A stretch of 64,000 nt of DNA, from positions 34,084-98,083 of the IMG/VR virus record IMGVR_UViG_3300046002_004036; one strand, written 5' to 3'. Positions 30,920 through 41,558 of this stretch are shown here, piece after piece. Positions within the stretch are counted from its first letter, which is position 1, and each line of letters opens with the position of its first letter. Below the pieces are notes generated by a model that worked only from the letters and a program-made list of their open reading frames with translations, did no database searches and was not told the origin of the DNA. Source of the stretch: a virus. The position numbers and the translations under genes were made by a program.

Positions 30920-31561
30920 TTATGATGCTGGTGTCCAGGTACGATCTACGATCTTACCATATGAACCAGAAACATCTTCTGGAAGTAGACGGAATGAAAC
31001 TTCAAACATTGAAGCCTCATCACGCTTTGCAGATACTGTAACATTTTCAATTGAAAGTGCACGGTATGCAACATAGACTCGCTCTACATAAGCAGAGTTA
31101 TCGCAATCGCCTGTGCCAGGACCAACAGCAACAATTCCACGCTCTACTGGACATTCGCCAATAGTGCCTGCAGAAAGGTTGAGAGTACGGCCAGCTGATT
31201 GTGACTTTGTGCCTGAAAGATTTGAGTCTGAGTATGCCAAAGACAATAGAAGATTTTCTAGTGTAGCTTCAGCAAAAGCAGTAGCTAGATTAACTTGCAT
31301 TCCCTGCTTGTAAAGTTTTGCAACGTCAAGAACCTGATCTACTGCAACCTCACCAAAATCTGGTTGGAATTGTAGCTCAAGACCATTCATTGTGTATCCG
31401 ACATTTGTGTAATCTGCATCATCTGAGAGGGTAGTCTTATATGATTCTGATCCTACAAGTGGGGTATCTGTAAATACGTCTGCGTCAAGTGTTGTATCTG
31501 CTATAAAAAGAGCAGCTGCACCAACGATAATGTTGGTAGATGTACCACGACTATATGCCAT
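30920..31561 (-). CDS. Major tail protein
   Basis: NIIVGAA...VGYTMNGLEL...EATLENL; position; GAGGTG RBS. Confidence 0.9.
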   Translation of the reverse strand: MAYSRGTSTNIIVGAAALFIADTTLDADVFTDTPLVGSESYKTTLSDDADYTNVGYTMNGLELQFQPDFGEVAVDQVLDVAKLYKQGMQVNLATAFAEATLENLLLSLAYSDSNLSGTKSQSAGRTLNLSAGTIGECPVERGIVAVGPGTGDCDNSAYVERVYVAYRALSIENVTVSAKRDEASMFEVSFRLLPEDVSGSYGKIVDRTWTPAS

Positions 31562-31639
31562 ATTTTCACCTCTTTTTTCTAAATAGGTTTATTAAGTTGT
31601 TTGGCGCTTGTTTCCTCAAAATTAATTATAACAGCATTT

Positions 31640-32173
31640 TTAAGTATATAGGGAATCTTTTGTATGATAATCATACTCAATAATTAGTTTACCCCGCCAG
31701 TTAAACTTGACAGATCCTAGCTCAACTAGGTCCCTAGTCTCATCTACTTGGAAAACCTTAAAACGATGAAAAAATACATTTATAGGAGGTATTTTATCGG
31801 GATTTTGAATAAGCCATAGATTAACATCTTCTGCGGCTGCATCTTCTCTATCTAGGGCTTCTGCAATTATTCTTGCTATATTGAATCCCTGAGCATCATC
31901 CGAAGAGTGAATGGTATAAACCAATTGCTCTCTTTTATGTCTATACATTGTGTCTTGTCTATATCTAGCTAATCTATCATATGCTATTAAAAATGCATCT
32001 CCAGTTACAGTGATTTCTCCAAATAGGTCATCTAGGTTGGTGGACTGTACTGGAACTATTGGATCTATTCCCTCAATACCCGTAACTATTCCAAAATCTT
32101 TTAACTGAGCAATAATATATTTATTGATAAAAAGAGGTGGAAACCCTGTTTCAGTGGCTGCGTTAAAAGTCAT
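31640..32173 (-). CDS. Tail terminator-like protein
   Basis: Position immediately upstream of the major tail gene; 177 aa. Confidence 0.6.
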   Translation of the reverse strand: MTFNAATETGFPPLFINKYIIAQLKDFGIVTGIEGIDPIVPVQSTNLDDLFGEITVTGDAFLIAYDRLARYRQDTMYRHKREQLVYTIHSSDDAQGFNIARIIAEALDREDAAAEDVNLWLIQNPDKIPPINVFFHRFKVFQVDETRDLVELGSVKFNWRGKLIIEYDYHTKDSLYT

Positions 32174-32177
32174 GGTT

Positions 32178-32855
32178 CTATTCTACTCCCATATGTGCAT
32201 TTGCTATCCATTTAAATCCAGTGTTAACTCCAACAGCCTTACCAGACTTTGATCCTTTTTTAATGTTTTGTTTATAAAGAATTGGATTATTTATGTAAGA
32301 CTTTAATCCCGATGATGCTAAAAATGATTGTCTAAAATAAACGTTAAAAAATTCATCAACGGCACGTTCAAAGGATCCTGAAACGTAGTCTCCTCCAGGA
32401 TTGTCAATAGTAATATCATTGCTTGTAAAAACGGTTTCTCCGTTAGATTCAAATACTAAAACTTTTGATTTCTTGGGAGATATTTTTACTGGTATACCAT
32501 CTTCCATTATTTTTGCTTTATTATAAAAAGGTGTTGATGATCCCTGAGACAAGGAACTTGACTGTTTAAATGTTGACATAAAGGATAATCCTAAATTGCT
32601 TACAGTATAATCAAAGTCAAAAAGTCTAGCATTAGGACTTCCAGTTTTATACCATTCATAAATATGATGAAGTGCTTTTGGGTTTGATCTTGCTTCAGCA
32701 TCAACGTATTGTTTTAATACTAAAATTGTGCTTTTACCAAGATTTTTTAAAAAAACACTTTTGCCCTTTTGAGCACCATCTAAAAACCCAATAGAATAAT
32801 TTGCTATATTTAAAATAGATTTTTCAAATTCTTTAGCATTAAGAGAAACTCTCAT
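32178..32855 (-). CDS. Neck / tail completion protein
   Basis: Position in the head-tail joining module. Confidence 0.55.
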   Translation of the reverse strand: MRVSLNAKEFEKSILNIANYSIGFLDGAQKGKSVFLKNLGKSTILVLKQYVDAEARSNPKALHHIYEWYKTGSPNARLFDFDYTVSNLGLSFMSTFKQSSSLSQGSSTPFYNKAKIMEDGIPVKISPKKSKVLVFESNGETVFTSNDITIDNPGGDYVSGSFERAVDEFFNVYFRQSFLASSGLKSYINNPILYKQNIKKGSKSGKAVGVNTGFKWIANAHMGVE

Positions 32856-33304
32856 TAGTCACCAACTGTCTGATTTTCTGATCTACGCCACATCATGTAA
32901 TAGTATTCAATGCTTTGTAAGCCACCAATAAAAGGTTCTATTGTGGCGAGTTCATAGATTGTTCCTCTGCCATTTCTTGGTCCCGCAGTTTCTCTATATA
33001 CAAGGTTATCTTGTGGAAGCCTTATATTTGTTATTAATACGTTTGTTATAGCATTATTATCATTTTTAGAAGAAGTTCTAATATCAGTTTTAGATCTTGC
33101 TACTAATTTTCCATCCGTCTGAAGAAATATTGCAGGACTCATTTCTTCCTGAGTTCTTTTTGTAATTGGCTGGGCATTGCATGTAATTGTTTTATCAAAT
33201 ACCCAATCTTTTATTGCCTTGCCATATTCATTTTGTTTAATTATTGCATAATAAACATCAGCAAGCATTGGGTACATAAAGTCTGGTTTATCACAATTCA
33301 TCAC
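32855..33304 (-). CDS. Head-to-tail stopper-like protein
   Basis: Position; beta-rich with QNEYG motif. Confidence 0.6.
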   Translation of the reverse strand: MMNCDKPDFMYPMLADVYYAIIKQNEYGKAIKDWVFDKTITCNAQPITKRTQEEMSPAIFLQTDGKLVARSKTDIRTSSKNDNNAITNVLITNIRLPQDNLVYRETAGPRNGRGTIYELATIEPFIGGLQSIEYYYMMWRRSENQTVGD

Positions 33305-34278
33305 AGCATCCCAGGTGTACGCAAATTTGTAATGTATTTATCAAGAATAATATCAACTAGAATGTTTCCAGTTCCAAAGAACTTAGATGAGTCATATTTT
33401 AGTTTAAATTGATCTGTTTCATATTCACTAACATAAGATTTGTAGTGATCCATTCTTCCGCACTTAAGGTCATCAATCATCATTCCTACTGCATCACGTA
33501 CATCATTTGGAATAACTTTATACCCTGAATCATAATCAATTATATAATCAAAACCTTCTGGAAATGAAACTGCTGTATTTTTTGTGTTTGTCCACATGTT
33601 GTCATAATTTTCATATGGTGCATATGTATAAAATGAGTCTGACCCTGCATCTCTATACTTAAGTGGTTTTCTTTCTGCACGATCTTTTGATTCATAGTAA
33701 GATGAGTCTGTAGGAATTTTAACAATTGCAGTTCTATCTTTTGTAACTGCATAATCAAATCCATTTAGAGCTGGTCCATCTACTGTATCTGTAATGTCAT
33801 ACACAAGTTGCCCATTTTCATAAACTTGATTAATCTTATAAATTGTTCCCCAAACAGGGATATAATCAGTTCCTTGACCAACAACCTCAAGAATTTTCTT
33901 TTCAAATGTAAAGCCTCGGTTAATTAATGAATCAACAATTGCTCTAGCAATACGTTCATTATATGTTGCTTCTGCAATTTCTGTTGCAGTTGTGCCTAGT
34001 GTATTTGGATCAACATATGGTCTAATAATACTAAGAATGTCTTGAACAAGAATATCTTCTTCGGAATCTTCAAATATTTGTACCGAGTAATCGTGATCAT
34101 AAGTAATAAAATCACCCGTCAAAGTAAAAGTAATCTGAGAGTTTGCATCAGATGTGATTGTTTCAGATACCTCAATTGTTTTAGGGGCATTTTCAATAGT
34201 AAACAGGTAGTCTGTATCTGGTAAAGGAACGTCATACTTAATCTCAATAGGGTATGGTGGGAGTCTTAGAATTATCAT
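33301..34278 (-). CDS. Head-to-tail adaptor-like protein
   Basis: YDSGYKVIPNDVRDAV...ILDKY adaptor-like motif. Confidence 0.7.
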   Translation of the reverse strand: MIILRLPPYPIEIKYDVPLPDTDYLFTIENAPKTIEVSETITSDANSQITFTLTGDFITYDHDYSVQIFEDSEEDILVQDILSIIRPYVDPNTLGTTATEIAEATYNERIARAIVDSLINRGFTFEKKILEVVGQGTDYIPVWGTIYKINQVYENGQLVYDITDTVDGPALNGFDYAVTKDRTAIVKIPTDSSYYESKDRAERKPLKYRDAGSDSFYTYAPYENYDNMWTNTKNTAVSFPEGFDYIIDYDSGYKVIPNDVRDAVGMMIDDLKCGRMDHYKSYVSEYETDQFKLKYDSSKFFGTGNILVDIILDKYITNLRTPGML

Positions 34279-34280
34279 AA

Positions 34281-34622
34281 TTATTTACCGTAGTACTTTG
34301 CCACTTCTTGAGGTGTCGCTGTGCGAACCTTGTTGTGGGTAAGCCACTTTTCGGAAACCTCCTTGGTTACAATGTTATAGCCTTTTATGATTTCTCCAAC
34401 ACCATTCCAGAAAATATTACGTTCTGAAAAGAGTGCTACTTTTTCATTAATTAGCTTTTCTGCTTTTGGGTTTACTGTTGACTCTTGTTTTGGAGTCCAA
34501 CTAGAAATTACTTCAAGCATGTGAACTTTTGTTGTTACCCCAAACAAATCAATGTTATTTTTCTTTGCATAAGACTTTATTTCCATAACAGTCTTTTTAG
34601 ATAAATCTTCAATAATAGACAT
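34281..34622 (-). CDS. Hypothetical protein with N-terminal HeH/Rho-N-like motif
   Basis: LSKKTVMEIKSYAKKNNI; GGAGG RBS. Confidence 0.65.
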   Translation of the reverse strand: MSIIEDLSKKTVMEIKSYAKKNNIDLFGVTTKVHMLEVISSWTPKQESTVNPKAEKLINEKVALFSERNIFWNGVGEIIKGYNIVTKEVSEKWLTHNKVRTATPQEVAKYYGK

Positions 34623-34650
34623 TAATTCCTCCTATGTTATTATACCAGAA

Positions 34651-34887
34651 TTAGCGTCGTCTTCCTCTACCAAAATTATTTTGCATTGGTAAACGAATTC
34701 CATTTGGTGTTCCCGATGGATTTACAGCATTAGGTCCCGATGTTTCTCCAAGAGTTGCTCCTGAAGCTCCAAGTGTATTAACTTGTAGACCACTAGATCC
34801 CATAATAATAACACCTGGATTTCCTAATGTAACAATTGCTCCTTCGCCATTGTGACTATGATCAATTGGTTCACCTGGATAAGACAT
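34651..34887 (-). CDS. 78-aa protein homologous to the capsid N-terminal arm
   Basis: Shares YPG, HxHxGxGA and NAVNPxGTPxGIxLPxQ with the MCP N-terminus; AGGGAG RBS. Confidence 0.75.
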   Translation of the reverse strand: MSYPGEPIDHSHNGEGAIVTLGNPGVIIMGSSGLQVNTLGASGATLGETSGPNAVNPSGTPNGIRLPMQNNFGRGRRR

Positions 34888-34912
34888 TTTATTCTCCCTA
34901 TAAATGACTGAA

Positions 34913-34936
34913 GGGAACGGCTTTTACACCGTTCCC
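34913..34936 (-). terminator. Hairpin after capsid gene (terminator-like, weak U-tract)
   Basis: GGGAACGG-8nt-CCGTTCCC. Confidence 0.65.
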
Positions 34937-34956
34937 CAAGTCAATCGTTTTAGCGA

Positions 34957-36069
34957 TTATGAGTTATTTGCTGCTGTTGCGTATGCAACTGCGTCAAGTT
35001 CTTCCCATTGTAGACCAAAGCGGACGAATACTGTGTATTCAATTGTGTCCTTCTTTGGTTGGTAGAAACGGTTTACAGTGATATCACGTTGGAATCCCCA
35101 TACACGGTTCTGTGGGAATGTAAGATCTACATATCCTGCAGGGTAGTAAGGAACTTCTTGGACTTCAACACCGAGAACACGAGTTGTACGTGCTCCACCA
35201 AATGTCTGAGCATTGCCATCAAGGTATGCTTGACGGTTTGCAGGTGTACCTGCTGGCTTACCAGCAAATGCTTCTGCGATTGCATCAGCCAATGTACCAT
35301 TATTTTTAATGATACCCTGGAATGCGTCTGTACCAGCATAGAACTTAAGATTGTTCTTGATTGCACGATACTTACGTGGCATTGCGAGGATAATGTTTTG
35401 CATAACCTCTGTTGTCCATGCGTTGTCAGCAACAGTTACCATTGACTCGTGTGAGTCTCCGCCCTGTACTTTTTCAACAAAGCCTTCCATGATTGAAAGG
35501 AATGATCCTGTTGCACCGTCACCGTTGATCGCAAGATCTTCAATGTCGTTTGCAAAAGCATTTGTCATCAAACGTACGAGATGGTCTTCAAGAGCGCCGC
35601 CTTCTACGTTATCTTCTAGTGCTTCTGTTGATACTTCCCAGTCAAGACGAATCTTCTTTGTAGTCAATTCAACCTTTGAGAAAGTTGCGCCTGCATTTGT
35701 AAATGTAGGGTCTGCTTGTGCTGCTGCACGAATTACACGCTCACCAACGTTAACTTTTTCAAGTTCCATTGTATTTGCTCGCATTGTAACTCTACGTCCA
35801 TCTTTAGCGAGAACTGTAGCATCCCACACATAATCAATGAAGCGACGTGCTTGTTCAGGCAATAGGATTCCACCTGGTGTGCCGACAGGGTTAACTGCGT
35901 TTGCACCTGATGTTCCGTAATTTGCTCCAGCAATATTTCCTAGAATGCCTTCACGACCACTTACGATGGTTGCGGGAGCACCGTCTGAACCTGATGCTAC
36001 TGCACCTGATCCATCATGACCATGACTAGTTGTAGTTCCTGGATAGTTTTTTACGATATCTTCTGACAT
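34957..36069 (-). CDS. Major capsid protein (HK97 fold)
   Basis: GGILLPEQARRFID...EALEDNVEG...EDLAINGD; GGAGGTG RBS; follows the protease gene. Confidence 0.93.
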   Translation of the reverse strand: MSEDIVKNYPGTTTSHGHDGSGAVASGSDGAPATIVSGREGILGNIAGANYGTSGANAVNPVGTPGGILLPEQARRFIDYVWDATVLAKDGRRVTMRANTMELEKVNVGERVIRAAAQADPTFTNAGATFSKVELTTKKIRLDWEVSTEALEDNVEGGALEDHLVRLMTNAFANDIEDLAINGDGATGSFLSIMEGFVEKVQGGDSHESMVTVADNAWTTEVMQNIILAMPRKYRAIKNNLKFYAGTDAFQGIIKNNGTLADAIAEAFAGKPAGTPANRQAYLDGNAQTFGGARTTRVLGVEVQEVPYYPAGYVDLTFPQNRVWGFQRDITVNRFYQPKKDTIEYTVFVRFGLQWEELDAVAYATAANNS

Positions 36070-36097
36070 ATTGTTCACCTCCTAGTGATTTTTTATG

Positions 36098-37408
36098 TTA
36101 GTTATATAGGTCGGAGAATTTGAGGAAACGTCCGCCCCATAGGGATTTTTGAATTGGACTTTCATCCATTTCCTGCACGATCTCGCCAAGATCGCCAGAC
36201 TTGCGGAAAGCGGTGTCCTTTTCTACGGAATCAACTCTCTTTCCAATTTCGTTAAAAGTACCCTTGATCTGATTTACATCAGTTGTTGTGGCATCAAGAG
36301 ACTTCTTTATATTAGCAACTTCATCACTAAGTGACTTAAGTGTTGCTGTTAGATCGCCAAAGGCATTAGTAACAGATTCCTTGATGTCTGTAATTGCATC
36401 AGCAATTACTTGATCAGCCTTTGCAGCATCTTCTGCTGCTGGTGCTTCTGGATTCTGAATTGCATCTTCTACTGAAGATGTAGCACTATCATCAGCAATT
36501 GAGTCAGACTTTTCTGCTTCAGCAACTGGTGCTTCTGCTTCTGTGACTGCTTCTACTGCTTCTATTGGTTGTGCCTCTGGAGTGACCTCTACTGATACTG
36601 CTTCTGCTTCTGCAACTGGTGCATCCACTGTTAGTGTATCTTCTGACATAGGGTTTACCTCCTTTGTAATCTTAGATGTATTAATGCCTTTAGCACTATC
36701 AACTAAGAACTTTATCATGTTTGCTTTATCTGAGTCATTTTTTTCTACAAAACCAATGTTTTTCATTTCGTTACCGTTTACTGGGCTAACGTATGTCTCT
36801 TCATCAGAAGTTAGAACAATGCCTGTTTCTTCATCATAAAAAACATTTTCTACAACTACATCGGCAAACTCACCTTTAATAACATCTACACCGTCAACTT
36901 TTTCAACTGACATAATACTTGCAAATTGATTTGCTGGTGAATCTACTAAAGATAGTTCTACTAGATCATAGTCTTTAATAATTCTAATTGCTTTATCAAG
37001 TTCTTCATTATATGCATCATCCCACTTATTCATTCGTCCCCCGATTGAAAAACCAGTGTATGTTCCATCAAGAACTTTTTCCCATGCGTCCTGTGCACCT
37101 TTGGAAATGTATGTAGAAACATAAACTCCCTTATAAAATTTCTTTGTTTCTGGATCAAAATATTTTTCTTCTTTAAAGTTAAGCATTTTTCCAACTGCTG
37201 AGGGCTGATGCATTTCACGTATGTTTCCACGGAATTTTGCAAAAGCACTCATAGATGCTTCTGTTGTAACAATGTCATATTGTTTATCAACATTGTCAAG
37301 AGATGCAAAACCAGAGACAATTCTTTTCTCAATGTCTACTTTTCCAAAGGGCATTGAAAGGCGAAGGCTGTCGCCGTCAGTGGTCCAAAAAGCTTTATTT
37401 ATGTCCAT
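36098..37408 (-). CDS. Prohead protease fused to scaffolding domain
   Basis: VSGFAS, REMH, GFSIGG, ELSLVDSPAN, then an acidic Ala/Glu linker and coiled coil. Confidence 0.92.
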   Translation of the reverse strand: MDINKAFWTTDGDSLRLSMPFGKVDIEKRIVSGFASLDNVDKQYDIVTTEASMSAFAKFRGNIREMHQPSAVGKMLNFKEEKYFDPETKKFYKGVYVSTYISKGAQDAWEKVLDGTYTGFSIGGRMNKWDDAYNEELDKAIRIIKDYDLVELSLVDSPANQFASIMSVEKVDGVDVIKGEFADVVVENVFYDEETGIVLTSDEETYVSPVNGNEMKNIGFVEKNDSDKANMIKFLVDSAKGINTSKITKEVNPMSEDTLTVDAPVAEAEAVSVEVTPEAQPIEAVEAVTEAEAPVAEAEKSDSIADDSATSSVEDAIQNPEAPAAEDAAKADQVIADAITDIKESVTNAFGDLTATLKSLSDEVANIKKSLDATTTDVNQIKGTFNEIGKRVDSVEKDTAFRKSGDLGEIVQEMDESPIQKSLWGGRFLKFSDLYN

Positions 37409-37449
37409 ATCGTATTCCATTATACCAAATATTTATAGAGTTTTCTCAA

Positions 37450-39084
37450 TTATTGAGATGCTCTACCTTCACCCTTCGGATTGCGTCCAGATACAGTTGC
37501 AGAGCTATCAGATTGGTTATTTGTTCGTTCAGAATCTCTAGAACGATTCCCATTTGCTCTTGAATCTGCAGCCTGTCTTGGACTAAGTTCAAGTGGAGTA
37601 TCACCGTGATCTGCTTGAGGAAGGTCTAAGATTTCACGTGCTTCATTAGGAAGCATAATTTGATTCTTTACATAACGCTCAAGAATTTGTGACTGTGCAA
37701 TCTCATCTGTAAGTGTAAGTTCATTAAACTTAAACTGAAGAATGTCTGTTTTTTCTTTAATAATTTTGCTAATTACTTTTTCAAGATGCTGTTGTTCTGG
37801 ACGAGAAACCTGCTCTTTAAATGTACGATCTTGAGCAAGAGCTGCAGCAATAGCACCTGAGTCTGAACCACCAAGTTTAGAAATTGGAACTTGATGAGCA
37901 ATTAAAATATCGTCACGATTTTGCTTTCGGTACTCTTTAAATGAACCATCCTGAATACCATTTTCAATTGGCTTCATTTCAAACTCAACTTTAGAATGAT
38001 CAGTATCTCCAGGAAGAGGAATGTAAAGTGTTCTATGTGATTGTGACTTCATTCCTGTTTGCAAGAATCTAAACATTTTATCTTCAGCGTCTGCAGATAA
38101 CTTTGCACCCTTAAGAGTTATAACATATCTTGGTACCGCTTTATTTTCAAAATAATCAATATTATATTGTGATGCAAGCTGATCACCAATTAATGATGGA
38201 AGGGCTGCAATAATATCAGGTACACCGTAATAAGTATTTAAAGGTGAATAATCTTTAAAGTGAATAATTTCATTTGGACGATTATCTTCTGTTAGTGGGT
38301 TTTGATTATTTGCAGCAAAGTTACGGAAGTAAACAACTTTTGGTCCAATGATTTGAACAAAACCATCACGAAGGCGACGGACACGAACTGTTGTTGAAGG
38401 AATATGTCCAACATATCCAATCTCTCCAGTTATGGTTCTTCCAATTTCCATGTAACCATTTCCAGTTGCTTGAAGATCTGTATAAATTTTTTCCATTGTT
38501 CGTGTAAAACTATCATCATCGTTTAATGATTCAAGCCAATCACGTATTTCTAATTTAGCTCTTTCAATACGATTACGAGCACGAAGAGTTGCACCTGTAT
38601 CTGAATTGTTTTCAAGACTCATCATTGTTCTATCTGTGACATCAAAACGATATCCAAGACCAACAACATTTTCTACCTTTGCGTCAATTGCGGCATGATT
38701 AGCAAAAGATGTATCATAAAAATTAGCAAGTTCATACATATTATAAGGCGGAGTAATTACATCAAATAAGCCATAGCCATTGCGGTAAACCAAACCAGGA
38801 TTAATTGCTTTAGATCCAGAATCTTTGATGCCTTTTGGATCAGCATTTGCTGAACTCAAATATGAATCACTAAGCAAATTAATATTTGCATTTGTAGCAA
38901 GATAACCTTCTTGGGTTACTGCTTTATTTACTTGTCTTGTAACACGGCGTTTAAAGTTTTCTTCAATTCCCGTCAAAGATTTTAATTCGTCCCAAGATTT
39001 ATTAAATGGATCACTATTTTTAAACTGACTTTCTGGTTTATCTGTTGTTCCAAGTCTTGCTTCTAGGTAATCACTGTTACTCAT
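37450..39084 (-). CDS. Portal protein
   Basis: TGNGY, NEIIHFK, YYGVP, YFENKAVP, PNEARE; start moved to MSNSDY. Confidence 0.93.
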   Translation of the reverse strand: MSNSDYLEARLGTTDKPESQFKNSDPFNKSWDELKSLTGIEENFKRRVTRQVNKAVTQEGYLATNANINLLSDSYLSSANADPKGIKDSGSKAINPGLVYRNGYGLFDVITPPYNMYELANFYDTSFANHAAIDAKVENVVGLGYRFDVTDRTMMSLENNSDTGATLRARNRIERAKLEIRDWLESLNDDDSFTRTMEKIYTDLQATGNGYMEIGRTITGEIGYVGHIPSTTVRVRRLRDGFVQIIGPKVVYFRNFAANNQNPLTEDNRPNEIIHFKDYSPLNTYYGVPDIIAALPSLIGDQLASQYNIDYFENKAVPRYVITLKGAKLSADAEDKMFRFLQTGMKSQSHRTLYIPLPGDTDHSKVEFEMKPIENGIQDGSFKEYRKQNRDDILIAHQVPISKLGGSDSGAIAAALAQDRTFKEQVSRPEQQHLEKVISKIIKEKTDILQFKFNELTLTDEIAQSQILERYVKNQIMLPNEAREILDLPQADHGDTPLELSPRQAADSRANGNRSRDSERTNNQSDSSATVSGRNPKGEGRASQ

Positions 39085-39472
39085 CAAATGCACCCTTTCC
39101 TGCTTTATTAAGAGTTTGCTGGGCTGCATGCCACGCACCTAAATCGTTCATTGAAGGGATTAGTCCAGACTTCATACGATCTATTTGTTCAGAGTGTTCC
39201 TCTTCTGAAATACGAGTAAGGCCTGGAACAAATACTGCTTCTCCATCGCCTTCATCTCCATAGTGCTTTGCTGCTGCTTTAAGTTCTGCAATTTTTGCTA
39301 TATCATTACGCATTGACTCAATGTTGAGTACGTTGCCTTCTCCGTCAGTAAACCATTTTCCAGTTGACTTTTTATACACATATAGACCCCAGTTATATTT
39401 TTTTTCTATAACCTGTCTGCGTACATTTTTGACAATTGGTTGGCCAGTTTCGGGGTTGATTAAAGAATCCAT
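39077..39472 (-). CDS. Hypothetical protein upstream of portal
   Basis: Overlaps the portal start; leaderless-type promoter 7 nt upstream. Confidence 0.7.
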   Translation of the reverse strand: MDSLINPETGQPIVKNVRRQVIEKKYNWGLYVYKKSTGKWFTDGEGNVLNIESMRNDIAKIAELKAAAKHYGDEGDGEAVFVPGLTRISEEEHSEQIDRMKSGLIPSMNDLGAWHAAQQTLNKAGKGAFDE

Positions 39473-39524
39473 AACCATCAGTATACCATATTCCTAAGAG
39501 ATAAGTACTTAAATAACCAGTATT

Positions 39525-41558
39525 TTAGTACAACTTGATTTCACAAGCATCTGTAGAACAATATTTCTCAGACTCAGCATCAAGGTTATCTTTACCATCA
39601 TAAATAGCAGACCAGTCAATTTTGCCAATTGTTCCTACATATGCATTATATTGTTCTCTTGTAATCTCCGTATATGGTTGCTGTGGATAGGTTTTATTCC
39701 CCATTGGAAGGAATGAAACAGCCTTTAGCTGGCCCTCATACATATTAAGGGCTGGAGCAATAAATTTTGTTTCTTCTTCTTTGTCAAATGAAAGTGTCAC
39801 AGAGACACCATTATCTGACCAGTACTTCTGAGCAGTTGCTGCCAAACCAATTTTCTCAAACAAACTAACCTGCTTTTCTGCACGTTTGTGTCCAGATGCA
39901 ACTGGGAAATATACTACCTGTGTATTTGCTGATACAAGGTCTGGTTCAACTTTATACCCCGCTGCTTTGAATAGGTGAAGCATTGGATCTTGGTCTCCAA
40001 AGCGAATAGCTCTAAGATAGAACTCTCCACCAGGACCCCAGTGAACTCCAGGGGTAGCACCAGAGAGAAGTGAAACAGATCCTGATGGCTTAACTGTAGT
40101 TACACGAACTGACTCACGAACACACAACCATTCTGAATATGAATGATCATATTTACGGATTGTATTATATCCTTCATCCATCCATTCACGAATAACAGGA
40201 AGACCATATTCATCAGCAAAAGAAGCAATGCCTGTAAGAGATGTGCCAATACGACGATTGCGTTGCATAATACCATTTGTCTGTTGCCAATGTGTAGGCA
40301 TTAAAGTTACAGTTTTTCCATAAAGATAAGCAAACTTTAATGTCTTTAAAAAGTCTTCTTTAGATTCATGGCGATTAAGATGAACTTCAACCAATGTACA
40401 TAGTTCATAACTTTCTAGTGGCTGTTCAGCACAAGGATTAAAACCCATGATTCTAGAATCTTTATAGTCTGGTGCATCTGCAAGACGACCATAACTACGT
40501 GCAACATCTAACCAAATAAAACCTGGTTCTCCATTATCTGCAATTAAATCTACATAGTCTTCATACTTTGTTCCAACTTCAGCAGCAATAGAGTTATTAC
40601 TCATCCATGCCCACCCTGGTTTCTTTGGATCATATGAATTTCTTTCTGCAAATACCTCGGGATTTTTAAGATTAATAAAATCTTGATCTTCTGGTGTACC
40701 AAGTGCAAGGGTAGCAGAACGACGAACATTTCCAGAAACAACACATGTACCAATAAGATTTACAATATCTACAATAGCACGGCTATCAAAGGCATCCCCT
40801 GCTCTAGAACCGATTACATTACGAATACGTGTATGGAGATCAATAAGTGGTGCTGGACCGCTTGCTACCCCGCCAAAGCCCTTAATAGGGGCACCTAGAG
40901 GACGAATGAGGTCATAGGTAAACTCTTGAATAGACTGGTTTGCACGAAGGAATGAATTAATAAGTAATCTAACAGACTCAACCCATCCTTCACGAGTATC
41001 TGGGATTTCATAAATAGATGCTGGCTCTGTTGGAGCATAGATAGACATTTGCTTGTCTTGACCAAGGGTATCAAACCCTACACCAATACCTAACATTAAT
41101 GCATCCATTACCCAAGCAAAAAGAGCACCTGGATCATTACGATCAATGTCACGAGTAGAGACCATTGCACAATTTTGAAGGGATGCTGAGTTACGCTTCT
41201 CCATAGTCATAGGAGTTCCAAATGCCCAGAGACCACGGCCTGGAGGAGTCCACTTTAATTCAAACATTCTTTGAAAGGCTTCTTGGGCAGACTTCTGTGC
41301 CTTGTTATCATTCCAAGGTAGGCGATTATCTTTAGCATGGTTTTTTTGAACTGAATACATACCCTCAATTACACGACGACATACTTCATGCCAGCGTTCT
41401 TTTGTCCCGTCTTCTTTAACACGAGAATATGTACGAATAAATGTTACCTCTCCCAGAGAGTTAGATCCTGCATCTGAGAATCCAAATGGCGCTGGGATGG
41501 TTTGATATTTATTTACAAATTCTTCTGATAGACGAAAAGAGAATACGCTTTCTGACAT
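39525..41558 (-). CDS. nrdJ: Class II (adenosylcobalamin-dependent) ribonucleoside-triphosphate reductase
   Basis: RTYSR, PPGRGLW, LQNC, GNVRRSA, NPCAEQ, TTVKPSG and C-terminal CSTDAC. Confidence 0.93.
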   Translation of the reverse strand: MSESVFSFRLSEEFVNKYQTIPAPFGFSDAGSNSLGEVTFIRTYSRVKEDGTKERWHEVCRRVIEGMYSVQKNHAKDNRLPWNDNKAQKSAQEAFQRMFELKWTPPGRGLWAFGTPMTMEKRNSASLQNCAMVSTRDIDRNDPGALFAWVMDALMLGIGVGFDTLGQDKQMSIYAPTEPASIYEIPDTREGWVESVRLLINSFLRANQSIQEFTYDLIRPLGAPIKGFGGVASGPAPLIDLHTRIRNVIGSRAGDAFDSRAIVDIVNLIGTCVVSGNVRRSATLALGTPEDQDFINLKNPEVFAERNSYDPKKPGWAWMSNNSIAAEVGTKYEDYVDLIADNGEPGFIWLDVARSYGRLADAPDYKDSRIMGFNPCAEQPLESYELCTLVEVHLNRHESKEDFLKTLKFAYLYGKTVTLMPTHWQQTNGIMQRNRRIGTSLTGIASFADEYGLPVIREWMDEGYNTIRKYDHSYSEWLCVRESVRVTTVKPSGSVSLLSGATPGVHWGPGGEFYLRAIRFGDQDPMLHLFKAAGYKVEPDLVSANTQVVYFPVASGHKRAEKQVSLFEKIGLAATAQKYWSDNGVSVTLSFDKEEETKFIAPALNMYEGQLKAVSFLPMGNKTYPQQPYTEITREQYNAYVGTIGKIDWSAIYDGKDNLDAESEKYCSTDACEIKLY

